From assembly GCA_013626165.1 (NCBI GenBank), contig NDHX01000003.1:64115-128114 (forward strand): a DNA stretch of 64,000 nucleotides. Reading direction: 5' to 3'. The notes below the pieces were generated by a model that saw only the letters and a program-made list of their open reading frames with translations, was not told the DNA's origin and did no database searches. How positions within the stretch are numbered: position 1 is the stretch's first letter; each line of letters begins with the position of its first letter. A program made the position numbers and the translations under genes. This document shows, piece by piece, positions 55,741 to 64,000 of the stretch. This DNA comes from Candidatus Velesiimonas alkalicola (lineage in GTDB: Bacteria; Omnitrophota; Gorgyraeia; Velesiimonadales; Velesiimonadaceae).

Positions 55741-57231
55741 TTAAACAACTTCCTGCTTTCTATGTGGTCTATGTAAAATCTCCATCCCTGCCATGTAAAA
55801 GAAACCCACTGAATATATTAAAAAAAACGGGCTGGTATATATAGCACCGTTAATGGCAAAATATATTGCTTTCCACAAACAAAAACAACCTAAAATTATT
55901 TCTATAAAAATAATTTTATTATAAGGAACAGAATAATCTGAAGGAATAAACCTTGTTTTTTTCTCTATACCAAACTTTGGTGTCCTTATAAACACCGGTT
56001 TTTGATTTGTAAATATAGTTTTTAATATTGCAAATGTATTATTAATACACATCCCGCAATTAACAAAAAGAAATGCGGGAAGAAGTTTTATATTATGCAG
56101 TGTCCAACTCACCCTATGCCTACCACCGGGTGTTGAACAACTTCTTGCATAAAGACAGGCTAACAGCGGGTTGCCTATTGCGACAACATAAATTGTAATT
56201 ATATGAATCAATGAAATATTGGGATGTATTCTATTAAAACCTATAGAAACAGGCAGAAGCACTACTCCCCACAAGAAAAGCAGCGGGTAGGACAGATAGT
56301 TAGTAAGATGTATAATGGCCTGGATTTTTTTAAAAAATTCCATTTTTGAAGATAATAATGCCCAGGTGTGTTTCTTGGCACACTGAAATGTTCCCTGTGC
56401 CCACCTATACTGCTGAGACTTAAAAGCAGATACATATATCGGAAGTTCAGCAGGCACAAGCACATCATGGGCATATATAAATTTCCATCCTTTCATTTGT
56501 GCCCTGTAACTTAAATCCATATCCTCTGAAACCGTTTCTCCTGACCAGTTTCCTGCATCAATAATACATTGTTTCTTCCAGATACCGGCTGTACCGTTAA
56601 AATTTATAAAACAACCTGCATAAAATCTAGCAGGCTGTTCAACCAAAAAATGTATATCAAGCATCATTGCCTGTACTTTTGTAAGAATTGAATGGTTCGG
56701 ATTGATATGTGTCCATCTTGCCTGCACCATTCCTATTTTCTCACTTGAGAAATACACCAGAAGAGATTTTAAAAAATCTTTAGGCGGAGTAAAATCAGAA
56801 TCAAATATTGCAATGAACTCACCTTTTGCGGTAGCCAACGCCTGTTTCAGGGCCCCTGCCTTAAACTCAAACCTGACATCCCTATGGATGTGTTCTATAT
56901 CAAAACCTTTTTCCTTATATTCTGCAACAATCTGTCTTGATATATCTTTCGTGATATCATCTGAATCATCAAGCACCTGTATATGCATTTTATCAGCAGG
57001 ATAGTCAAGACTACAAACCGAATCAATAAGCCTTTTTATTACATACCGTTCATTATACACAGGCAATTGAATGGTAACCATTGGCAGGTCATCCGGAAGA
57101 GGAGTCTTCTGAACACTGTCTTTTCTGTGCCACCAGGACAGTATAACAAGGATACAGATATGAAGAGAATACAGTGCCAAAAGAATAAGAACCACACTAT
57201 ATAGAATAAGCCAAACATTTTTTATATCCAT
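55741..57231 (-). CDS. Membrane-bound family 2 glycosyltransferase (cellulose synthase-like)
   Basis: TIQLPVYNE, LDDS, FKAGAL, FDSDF, SEDMD, QQYRW (D,D,D,QxxRW), C-terminal TMs. Confidence 0.9.
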   Translation of the reverse strand: MDIKNVWLILYSVVLILLALYSLHICILVILSWWHRKDSVQKTPLPDDLPMVTIQLPVYNERYVIKRLIDSVCSLDYPADKMHIQVLDDSDDITKDISRQIVAEYKEKGFDIEHIHRDVRFEFKAGALKQALATAKGEFIAIFDSDFTPPKDFLKSLLVYFSSEKIGMVQARWTHINPNHSILTKVQAMMLDIHFLVEQPARFYAGCFINFNGTAGIWKKQCIIDAGNWSGETVSEDMDLSYRAQMKGWKFIYAHDVLVPAELPIYVSAFKSQQYRWAQGTFQCAKKHTWALLSSKMEFFKKIQAIIHLTNYLSYPLLFLWGVVLLPVSIGFNRIHPNISLIHIITIYVVAIGNPLLACLYARSCSTPGGRHRVSWTLHNIKLLPAFLFVNCGMCINNTFAILKTIFTNQKPVFIRTPKFGIEKKTRFIPSDYSVPYNKIIFIEIILGCFCLWKAIYFAINGAIYTSPFFLIYSVGFFYMAGMEILHRPHRKQEVV

Positions 57232-57347
57232 AAACTTAATTATACCCTCATAATCAGTATTTGGTCAAGTTGACCCGACGGGGGTTCTGAAATTCCAACA
57301 TTAAAGATTAAACAAGTATTTCATTCTTATATCGGAATTTCAAGAAG

Positions 57348-57920
57348 TTAAACAAAACTCTTGACGATATTTTTACCACTTTCTCTGGCTGATTTTAATG
57401 CACCCTTAACTTCTTTTATCTGTCCTTTTTTATCTACACCTGAATAAATGAGTTTTCCCTTATAATCCGTATCTGTGATTGCAAAAAATATTTTGACCAG
57501 ACTTTCTGCAGACTTAAAAAAATCTGTTCTTTTCATTCCTCCTACACTTATAAAAAAACCTGCTGCTTTTTTGTCTTTTAATTTCTTCTTTAAAATATAT
57601 TTGACAACCCACAGACACTGGCATCTATCTATTACTGCCTTAATTTGTGCCGTAGGGCTTCCAAAAAATATAGGAGAGGCAATAACAATTATCTGAGAAT
57701 CTAAAATCTTAGGATAAAATTGTTTTAGTTCATCATCCAATACACAGATACCTGTTTTACGACACCCACTACATTCCTGACAGGCTCTGAAATTTAATTC
57801 ATTAAGCACAATCTTTTCAACCGTGGCCTTTGCTTCTCTTGCTCCTTCAAGAAATTGGTCCAGAAGAATCTCTGTGTTACCGTTTCTTCTTGGACTTCCC
57901 AGAATACCAAGTACCTTCAT
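57348..57920 (-). CDS. Flavodoxin-family iron-sulfur flavoprotein
   Basis: GSPRRNGNT, C..C..C.....C (CQECSGCRKTGIC), ASPIFFG, IDRCQ. Confidence 0.9.
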   Translation of the reverse strand: MKVLGILGSPRRNGNTEILLDQFLEGAREAKATVEKIVLNELNFRACQECSGCRKTGICVLDDELKQFYPKILDSQIIVIASPIFFGSPTAQIKAVIDRCQCLWVVKYILKKKLKDKKAAGFFISVGGMKRTDFFKSAESLVKIFFAITDTDYKGKLIYSGVDKKGQIKEVKGALKSARESGKNIVKSFV

Positions 57921-58728
57921 TTTTGCCTATCTTTCTTTTAAAACTTTTCTTTAGAAATGAAATTTTTTCCTCCGCCATATCAGCAAGATCCGGGTCATCT
58001 GATGCAACATCTTTTGCTTTTTTATATGCAAAAAATGCCTCTCTTATATTTCCGAACTTTTCACAGAGATTAGCAAGTTCCCAGTGATTCCAGAAATTTT
58101 CAGGCTCTATACTGCATGCCGCTGACAGGGCCTTTACGCCTTCCTTCAATTTCCTGACCCCGCATGCTCCGAGTATAACGCCTTTTAAAACAAGCATTTC
58201 TGTGTTATCCTGTTCAACCGATAAAACCCTATCAACAGAACGGATTGCCATATCACAATAAAATCTAAAATCTTTTTTCCTTCTCCTGCCATAGTATCTT
58301 TCATTTGCCACTGTCCAACACAACTGGGCAAAAAGAAAATGTATATGTGTTGTTTTTTCACTGTATTCAATCGCAAGAAGATATTCTTTTAATGCCAATG
58401 AATATTTCCCAACCATTTGGGCTGCATATCCTAAGACGCAATGCAGTTGTGGATCCTGCGGAAAAGTCTTGACAAATGAAAAAAGGTTGGGTATTATATA
58501 ACCTCTTATTGCTGATACAAAAATCTGAGCCTGCCTGTTCACAAACTCTGCTACGTCTTCTTGTTCCTCTAATACATTCAACTGCCAGGATGCCTTGTCT
58601 ATACGGATAAAATCTTCCATAACATCTGCTATATTTCTATTGCCCTGTTTATTCAGGATTAAATATTCAAAAGTATTATGTAATGGATGCGCCGGGTCAT
58701 CCACCGGAACCGAAAGATTTATTTTCAT
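57877..58728 (-). CDS. Hypothetical TPR-containing protein
   Basis: TPR-like helices (LGYAAQMVG...ALKEYL, LANLCEKFG...AYKKA); AAGGAG RBS before ATG 58728. Confidence 0.7.
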   Translation of the reverse strand: MKINLSVPVDDPAHPLHNTFEYLILNKQGNRNIADVMEDFIRIDKASWQLNVLEEQEDVAEFVNRQAQIFVSAIRGYIIPNLFSFVKTFPQDPQLHCVLGYAAQMVGKYSLALKEYLLAIEYSEKTTHIHFLFAQLCWTVANERYYGRRRKKDFRFYCDMAIRSVDRVLSVEQDNTEMLVLKGVILGACGVRKLKEGVKALSAACSIEPENFWNHWELANLCEKFGNIREAFFAYKKAKDVASDDPDLADMAEEKISFLKKSFKRKIGKNEGTWYSGKSKKKR

Positions 58729-58757
58729 ATATCTCCTTTCCACCTACCTGCTATCTA

Positions 58758-60476
58758 CTACCTTTTCAGTGTTTTAAGCATCTTATCCAAAGGCAATGTA
58801 TTTATCACATCCTTTGCATCAAGCCAACCTCTTCTTGCAACAAAAATACCGAACCTCATATGCTCCATCTGTGATGTTGAATGTGCATCTGTTGATATCA
58901 CAAATTTAGCACCCATATCCCTTGCAAGTTTTGTATTGATATCATTAAGGTCAAGCCGTTGAGGATGCGCATTTATTTCAAAAATAACATTATAATCAAC
59001 CGCACACTTTATAATATCTTTTATATTCACAGCATAAGATTCTCTCCCCATGATAATTCTTCCCGTAGGATGTCCAAGTATATTAAGATAAGAATTTTTC
59101 ATAGCCTTTATTATTCTTTTCGTCATCTGTTCTTCTCCCATCTTGGTATGATAGTGCACAGCTCCTATTACAATCTGGCATTGCCTTAATACCTCATCTG
59201 ATATATCAAGGTTCCCATCTTCAAGTATATCAACCTCAATACCTGTAAGCAAATTAAAATTCTTAAATCTTTCAGATATTTTTCTTATATTTTCTATATG
59301 CTTCAATAATTGTTTATCATCAAGTCCATGTGCAATCTTCACTTCTTTTGAATGGTCTGTTATTGCAAGATAACTATACCCCAAAGAGATTGCTTTTTCC
59401 GCCATCTGTTCTATGGTATCTCTTCCATCGGTTGCAACAGTATGAACCTGCAGGTCAGCTTTTATATCCTTTAATTCAATAAGCTTCGGTAGACTTGCTT
59501 TTTCTGCTTGTTCTATTTCTCCTCTGTTTTCCCTTAATTCAGGAGGTATAAATTGTAAGTCCACAGACTTAAATATTTCCTCTTCTGCTGCGCCTCCGAG
59601 AGGGTATTCGTCTTCTGCCCTGAATATCCCATATTCACTTATTTTTAATCCTTGTTTTTTGCCCCTGTCACGAATAGCAATATTATGTTCTTTTGAGCCT
59701 GTAAAATAATGCATACCTGCACCAAACGATTTCTGTTCAAGAACCCTTATATCTACATTTACACCATTAAGAAGTTTTATACTTGACTTTGTCTGTCCTT
59801 TTGAAAGGACACTCTGGACATCTGGGAACTTAACAAACCTATCCATCACAGAGGAAGGATCATCTACTATTGCAAGTATATCAATATCTTTTATGGTTTC
59901 TTTTCTTCTTCTTAAACTTCCCACTACCTCAAGTCTTTTTATACTCTTTGACTGTTTTAAGTATTTTATAAGTCCATCTGCAATCTCCATTGCAACATCT
60001 AAACGAATTCTTCCCTGTCCATCCTTAAAATGTTTTATTGCTTTTATAAGGTTTTGCTCTGTCTTTTCCCCCATACCCGGAAGGTCTTTTATTCTTCCTT
60101 CCTTCAATGCCTGATAAAGACTTTCTATATCTTTTATACCAAGTTTATCATAGATAATTTTTACCTTTTTAGGCCCCAATCCTTCAAGCCTCATAAGCAC
60201 AATAAGTCCTTCCGGAACCTTCTGAAGAAGTTCTTCAAGGTAAGATAACTTACCCCTGCTTACTATTTCCTGAATTTTCTCTGCACTTCCCTGCCCGATA
60301 CAGGATATTGATTTAAGTTCTTTACCCTGCTGGAAGATATCTTCCATTCTTTCCGGATAATCCTCAATAACGCGGGCTGCATTTCTATATGCTCGCACCT
60401 TGAACTGATTTTCTCCAAGTATGTCAAGGATATCAGCAACCTCTGAGAAAATATCTGCAATCTGTTTGTTTTCCAT
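58758..60476 (-). CDS. polX: DNA polymerase/3'-5' exonuclease PolX (PolX plus PHP domain)
   Basis: GENQFKVRAYRNAA, GSLRRRKETIKDIDIL, YFTGSKEHN, PPELRE, PHP motifs TDHS, GHPTGR, TDAH; start likely ATG 60476. Confidence 0.95.
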   Translation of the reverse strand: MENKQIADIFSEVADILDILGENQFKVRAYRNAARVIEDYPERMEDIFQQGKELKSISCIGQGSAEKIQEIVSRGKLSYLEELLQKVPEGLIVLMRLEGLGPKKVKIIYDKLGIKDIESLYQALKEGRIKDLPGMGEKTEQNLIKAIKHFKDGQGRIRLDVAMEIADGLIKYLKQSKSIKRLEVVGSLRRRKETIKDIDILAIVDDPSSVMDRFVKFPDVQSVLSKGQTKSSIKLLNGVNVDIRVLEQKSFGAGMHYFTGSKEHNIAIRDRGKKQGLKISEYGIFRAEDEYPLGGAAEEEIFKSVDLQFIPPELRENRGEIEQAEKASLPKLIELKDIKADLQVHTVATDGRDTIEQMAEKAISLGYSYLAITDHSKEVKIAHGLDDKQLLKHIENIRKISERFKNFNLLTGIEVDILEDGNLDISDEVLRQCQIVIGAVHYHTKMGEEQMTKRIIKAMKNSYLNILGHPTGRIIMGRESYAVNIKDIIKCAVDYNVIFEINAHPQRLDLNDINTKLARDMGAKFVISTDAHSTSQMEHMRFGIFVARRGWLDAKDVINTLPLDKMLKTLKR

Positions 60477-60506
60477 AATATGGGGTCTGTTGAAAAACTC
60501 ATCAGA

Positions 60507-60596
60507 CCCTGATTCCACAGATTAAAAAACAGATTACACAGATTAAAACCCGATGACAAAATCGGTGTAATCTTTCAAAAATCTGTGTAATCAGGG
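60507..60596. repeat. CACAGATT-type palindromic element, copy 2
   Basis: Bounded by CCCTGATT / AATCAGGG; near-identical to 53411-53494. Confidence 0.8.
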
Positions 60597-60609
60597 CTTA
60601 CTGTAATAT

Positions 60610-61422
60610 TTACAGGTGCTTTAAAATAACATACATTACAGGAACAGAAAAAATCAGGCTATCTATTATATCCATAACCCCGCCTAAACCGGGGAAAATG
60701 TTACCCGAATCTTTTACCTGACAATCTCTTTTTATCAAAGATTCGGAAAAGTCTCCAATCTGACCGAACACTGTTAAAACAATTGAAAGCAAACCCGTCT
60801 GCCAGATGCCAAACGGCAGACTCCCCTTTATAGAAATACCTGCTAATGTCCCAAATATTAGTGCCCCTACAAAACCCTCTATTGTTTTTTTAGGGCTTAT
60901 CCTTGCAATGAGCAGATGTTTTCCAAACAACGAACCTGATATATACGCACCGGCATCTGCCATCTTTGTAACAAATACGACAAAAAATGCCATCCACCTT
61001 CCGTCATACCCGTCCACTGTTCTTAACCTTATAATAAAACTAAAAAGCCAGGATATATAGATAATACCGAATATTGTTGTGGCTATAGCAATGACCGCAT
61101 TCTGACTATCAAACCTGAATATCTGAAGAACGAATACTGAAATAAGTGCAGATATTATAAGAAACACTTCCCAGCCTGGTGTAGGTATGAACTCTCTTAT
61201 TATACTTAAAGGTATCAATACGCCTACAACTATCCCAAAAAATCTGAACAACTGTATTCCCTTTAACTTTAACATTGTAAAAAACTCATAAAGAGCAAAA
61301 CCGATTACCAGGGTTACAACAAGTCCGAACCAGAAAGACGGTAAAAATAAAAGAGCAAGCATTCCCAGTGCCCCGAGTATGATTGCCATAATTATACGCA
61401 AGAAAGGTGTCTGCTTCATCAC
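60610..61422 (-). CDS. cdsA: Phosphatidate cytidylyltransferase
   Basis: DAGAY..G..FGKH, ISPKKTIEG, GDFSESLIKR...KDSG..FPGLGGVMD.IDS. Confidence 0.95.
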   Translation of the reverse strand: MMKQTPFLRIIMAIILGALGMLALLFLPSFWFGLVVTLVIGFALYEFFTMLKLKGIQLFRFFGIVVGVLIPLSIIREFIPTPGWEVFLIISALISVFVLQIFRFDSQNAVIAIATTIFGIIYISWLFSFIIRLRTVDGYDGRWMAFFVVFVTKMADAGAYISGSLFGKHLLIARISPKKTIEGFVGALIFGTLAGISIKGSLPFGIWQTGLLSIVLTVFGQIGDFSESLIKRDCQVKDSGNIFPGLGGVMDIIDSLIFSVPVMYVILKHL

Positions 61423-62120
61423 AGCCCTCCAAATCTTCTATGCCTTTTCAAACAGTCTTGTATTGCAGATTCTAAATCTTTTCTATCAAAGTCAGGCCAG
61501 AGTTTATCCGTTATATATATTTCTGTATATGAAACCTGCCATAAAAGAAAATTACTCAACCTCATCTGTCCGCCTGTTCTTATTAAAATGTCTGGGTCCG
61601 GCATATCTTTTGTATATAAATAAGATGAAAACATATTCTCACTAAGGTCTTCGGGTTTGTGCTTTCCTCCAATACAATCCCTTGAAAATTTTTTCACAGC
61701 CCCCACAATCTCTTTTCTTGCGCCATAATTTAATGCAAGATTAAGAACAAGTCCCTTGTTTTTTTGCAATATCTGTTTTGCCCTTTCAAGTTCCTGTTTT
61801 GCAAAATTCGGAATCTCTTCTATATTTCCAATTGTCATAAGACAGACATTGTTTTTGTTAAGTTCTTCAACCTCTTTTCTTAAAAACTCTTTCAACAGTC
61901 TCATAAGTCCCTGGATCTCTAATTTAGGACGCCTCCAGTTTTCTGTTGAGAATGCATACAGTGTAAGATACTTTATACCCATATCGGCACAGACTTGGAC
62001 AATTTTTTTTACAGTTTTTACACCCTGTCCGTGTCCTGCAAGACGAGGAAGTCCTCTTAATCTTGCCCATCTTCCATTTCCATCCATAATGATCGCAATA
62101 TGTTTTGGTATGTTTTTCAT
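61419..62120 (-). CDS. uppS: Undecaprenyl diphosphate synthase
   Basis: HIAIIMDGNGRWA, YAFSTENWRRP, NYGAR, IRTGGQMRLSNFLLWQ; start likely ATG 62120. Confidence 0.96.
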   Translation of the reverse strand: MKNIPKHIAIIMDGNGRWARLRGLPRLAGHGQGVKTVKKIVQVCADMGIKYLTLYAFSTENWRRPKLEIQGLMRLLKEFLRKEVEELNKNNVCLMTIGNIEEIPNFAKQELERAKQILQKNKGLVLNLALNYGARKEIVGAVKKFSRDCIGGKHKPEDLSENMFSSYLYTKDMPDPDILIRTGGQMRLSNFLLWQVSYTEIYITDKLWPDFDRKDLESAIQDCLKRHRRFGGL

Positions 62121-62164
62121 AATATGTGTTAGATCCCCCCTGCCTGCTTGGCAGGCAGAAAATA

Positions 62165-63172
62165 TTAAAACACCCCTGATATTTTCCTGCCACAATCAGG
62201 ACATATATCTTTCTTTATATTGTTTTCTAAAACAGAAAACCCTGACCTTTTTATAAGCAGTTTAGAACACTGCGGACATTTTGTAGACTCTGTTTGACCT
62301 TCTTCGGATATATTGCCAGCGTATACATACTTAAATCCCATTTTTAAGGCATTTTCCCTGTATTTATAAACTGTTTGTTCGGGGGTTGGATAATGGTTAG
62401 AAAATTTATATGCAGGGAAAAATCTTGAAAAATGCCATGGCATCTCGGGGTCTATATCAAAAAACTTTTTTGATAACATATCAAATGTTTTATTATTATC
62501 ATTGTATTCGGGTATAAGAAGGGTTGTTATCTCAACCCATATGCCAAGTTTTTTCATTCTTCTTATATTCTGTAGTACAGGTTCAAACCTGGCCTTACAG
62601 ACTGATGTATAAAAATCCTCGTTGCCTTTCACATCCACATTTGCAGCATCTAAATATGGGGCTATCATCTCTAATGCATCAGGGCTTATGAAACCATTTG
62701 TTACAAAATTATTTTTAAGCCCCTGTTGTTTTGCTATCTTGCAACAATCATATACAAATTCAAAAAATATGGTAGGTTCTGTATATGTATAGGATATGCT
62801 TTGACAGTTATATTGAAGAGCCTTTTTAATAACCTGTTCAGGGCCGACATCAGGAACATCTGGAAATATACCCATGCGCGGCGCCTGTGCCATTTCATAA
62901 TTTTGACAGAATCCGCACTGGAAATTACAACCAACTGTTGAAATTGAATAGGAAAAACTTCCTGGAAGGAAATGAAAAAATGGTTTTTTTTCAATAGGGT
63001 CTATATTGTCTGCAACAATTTTTCCGTACACAAGAGTATAAAGTGTACCTTCTTTGTTTATCCTTACACTACATATACCTGCGCTGTTGTTTGTTATAAC
63101 ACAAAAATGATTGCAGAGTCTGCATATTACCTTCTTATCTTCTAATTTCTCATAAAAAAGTGCCTTATGCAT
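62165..63172 (-). CDS. amrS: AmmeMemoRadiSam system radical SAM enzyme
   Basis: C.LC.H.C...G.C.VR.N, DPIEKKP, CNFQCGFCQN, YTYTEP, VEITTL, HFSRFFP, C-terminal CxxC pairs. Confidence 0.92.
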   Translation of the reverse strand: MHKALFYEKLEDKKVICRLCNHFCVITNNSAGICSVRINKEGTLYTLVYGKIVADNIDPIEKKPFFHFLPGSFSYSISTVGCNFQCGFCQNYEMAQAPRMGIFPDVPDVGPEQVIKKALQYNCQSISYTYTEPTIFFEFVYDCCKIAKQQGLKNNFVTNGFISPDALEMIAPYLDAANVDVKGNEDFYTSVCKARFEPVLQNIRRMKKLGIWVEITTLLIPEYNDNNKTFDMLSKKFFDIDPEMPWHFSRFFPAYKFSNHYPTPEQTVYKYRENALKMGFKYVYAGNISEEGQTESTKCPQCSKLLIKRSGFSVLENNIKKDICPDCGRKISGVF

Positions 63173-63737
63173 AAAAAATAATTTAACACAGATAACCACA
63201 CAATGTCAAGCATTGGGCTTATCTGCCCCTCCTGAAAAAGTTAAGATACATATGCGACGTTAAAGGTTAGGTTTTTTTCTGGTTTTTGGTTAATTTATTT
63301 ATATAAATTAAGTAATAGCCGAAGACTGAAAAAAACAGTAATCACCATAAAAAAATAAAATAGACCGTTTTATGCTCAGTACACCCTCATTTATAGTAGA
63401 ATAAGCCTCAATAAGGAGATGGTTAGAATGGTGGACAGCCTAAGAAAATATTCTAAAAGTAAAGTAGTGTAAAAAATGTTAAAGATAATAAAGTTTTATA
63501 AGCAATATAGAGAAAAAGAGAAAGTTTACTGAACAAGGAAAAAAAAGACAAAAGATACCTTTGACCTGTTATGAATTTTCCAAAAACCTCACATTACAGA
63601 TAATAGATAATAGGACAGGATGATTGTAGTTATAAGTAGCACATTGCCCCCGAAGTGGCTACTCAGGTGCCTGTTGTTCAGGCTTACCCATTGCCCTATG
63701 CGATAGTTGTAATTTAAGGTGTGGTAGTCTCTTTTCC

Positions 63738-64000
63738 TTAAATAGCCTGTGGTAAGAATCTTCTCAAATCTTTAGAAAGACCATTTTCTTAGTGTATTCT
63801 TCAAGGTAGTATTCTAAACAGCTGCAAGGGTCTAATCTATTAAAAGATAGCTCTGGGTTATTGTAAAAAGACAGCTTTTATTTCTCCCCTATCTTAGAGT
63901 AATTGCTGTAGTAATTTTTCCTGCCAAGGACTGACATCTTAAAACATCTTTCTGCCAGATTATTATCTATAGGTACAAAAGGTGCTTTGCAAAGATAGTC
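63738..64000 (-). pseudogene. IS66-family transposase C-terminal remnant
   Basis: Reading from 64000: ...VPIDNNLAERCFKMSVLGRKNYYSNYS..., premature TAA at 63880-63878, frameshifted FTITQS...LDP...YYLEE after it. Confidence 0.8.

Noticed and set aside
63210-63737. Coding or ncRNA potential in the AT-rich region next to the IS66 remnant
   Set aside because: Only short unrecognisable frames; no clear IS66 terminal repeat could be identified

Overview
AT-rich bacterial chromosome segment, probably from an uncultured anaerobe (taxonomy not determinable from the sequence alone), read with the standard code and almost entirely on the minus strand. It is mostly housekeeping: folP, ftsH, gdhA, V/A-type ATPase subunits I-K-E-C-F-A, fba, pfkA, pnp, rpsO, tgt, nadC, gap-pgk-tpiA, ribBA, rpsB-tsf-pyrH-frr, rnfCDG-B, archaeal-type aroA'/aroB', polX, uppS-cdsA and 4 tRNAs. 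Intergenic DNA carries many MITEs, IS scars and short repeats, and there are several pseudogenes (queF, a Gfo/Idh/MocA oxidoreductase, an IS66 transposase). The main finding is a tightly packed five-gene block at 35253-41957: archaeal-type PEP carboxylase ppcA, folC, ilvD, murD and a larB-like gene. These belong to unrelated pathways, but all normally depend on CO2/bicarbonate. FolC, IlvD and MurD canonically carry a CO2-carbamylated active-site lysine, and all three have lost it here by motif alignment (FolC K>D185, IlvD K>E122, MurD K>R203) while their other catalytic motifs are intact. I infer a carbamate-independent, low-CO2 adaptation cassette; this is a hypothesis. Residue equivalences come from manual motif alignment, and no database searches were run.
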